Shown: in pieces, positions 63,245 through 64,000 of the stretch
Layout of the letters: every line of letters begins with the position of its first letter
Position numbering within the stretch: the stretch's first letter is position 1
DNA from: Podarcis cretensis
Lineage: Eukaryota
Reading direction: 5' to 3'
Assembly: GCA_951804945.1 (NCBI GenBank)
Contig: OX638150.1
Location: forward strand, 82,956,001 to 83,020,000
DNA: 64,000 nt
Program-made: the position numbers and the translations under genes
Notes under the pieces: generated by a model
Told to the model about the DNA's origin: nothing
Databases searched by the model: none
What the model saw: the letters and a program-made list of their open reading frames with translations, nothing else

Positions 63245-64000
63245 TAATGCATTTGTGTTTTGTTTTCATACATGAATGCTTTTTTTGGGGGGGGGGGTGA
63301 AGAACTGCATTGCAAAATTCAGAGTAGTGTGAATTTTAAAGATAGCTGTTCAAGGAAGTGTGAATTAGTTTGCATTAAAATACAAAATGAACAGAACTTT
63401 CCCCTAGCTTTACTGGTGAATAATATTTGAGTACAAGGTACCATCGATGATAATGAGATCCAAAATGTTAAGAAATGGCATGTGAAACCCAGCTGCTGTA
63501 AGTCATTTGGGCATTTGATATGAATGTTGGCAGAGCATCCCAAGGCCAATAAGCTTTACACACTCCTCCATGCCAGCAAGGCTGCCTTTGCCTAAGTTCT
63601 GCTCATAAACATTTGATTAGGGGTACTTGCCTTTGCTAGAGTCCCCCTTACATGTTCAAATGTTTACAACTTCTGTAGTTGGGAGCTTGCTTTCTGGGGA
63701 AGCAATGCTGGTTTAGAGATTCCTTGCAGCTGTCAGGTGTGTTAAGGACTCCTGGTACATCCTTATTCTTGACCCCTCATGGCACTGAGGTGGGGATTTT
63801 GGCTGCATGGAACTTTCCCACTCTCGGCATACAGTGGTGAATACACCCAACATGTGGCTTAATTTATCAAGGCACACTTGTTGTTAAATAACTTTATTGC
63901 ATGCTCTTATCACATATTAAGTATGCCCAAACTAGGAATGTCCACTCCCACATAATTGTTTCAATCAGCACTGTTTATGATCTGTCACAGTTCTGCTGTT

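Noticed and set aside
60644-64000. Nested antisense LRTM1, expected from memory in the intron after exon 27
   Set aside because: No LRR or transmembrane coding sequence is visible on the minus strand here; if present it lies beyond the window.
1-64000. CRISPR arrays, rRNA, tRNA or prokaryote-type operons
   Set aside because: Eukaryotic intronic sequence; no repeat-spacer arrays or intact structural RNA genes were seen, and the tRNA-like B-box at ~53320 belongs to a SINE.

Overview
Vertebrate genomic DNA. The L2/CR1 LINEs, Squam-type SINE and hAT/Tigger MITE families point to a squamate, probably a lacertid-type lizard (inference). The whole window lies inside one + strand gene, CACNA2D3 (voltage-gated calcium channel alpha-2/delta-3). 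I found 14 internal coding exons, all GT-AG. They total 1069 nt and splice into one stop-free frame from LPQAQK to KSPVVA. From memory they correspond to human exons 14-27, starting with an 18-nt microexon at 7559-7576. The gene start and end are outside the window. The rest is intron, with 5'-truncated LINEs, several nested DNA-transposon MITEs with target-site duplications (TSDs), probable solo LTRs and microsatellites. Almost every ORF in the supplied track is spurious. The least explained feature is a ~430-bp direct duplication, 8,095 bp apart, on either side of the microexon. Its 98-bp core is 94/98 identical, carries CAAT-like and TATA boxes, and sits within much more diverged flanks. 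Other leads are inverted L2 pairs around a stop-free 306-nt exon block, an in-frame stop plus AATAAA right after exon 20, and motif-dense candidate enhancers. The sequence alone does not demonstrate a new biological system; these are testable hypotheses.
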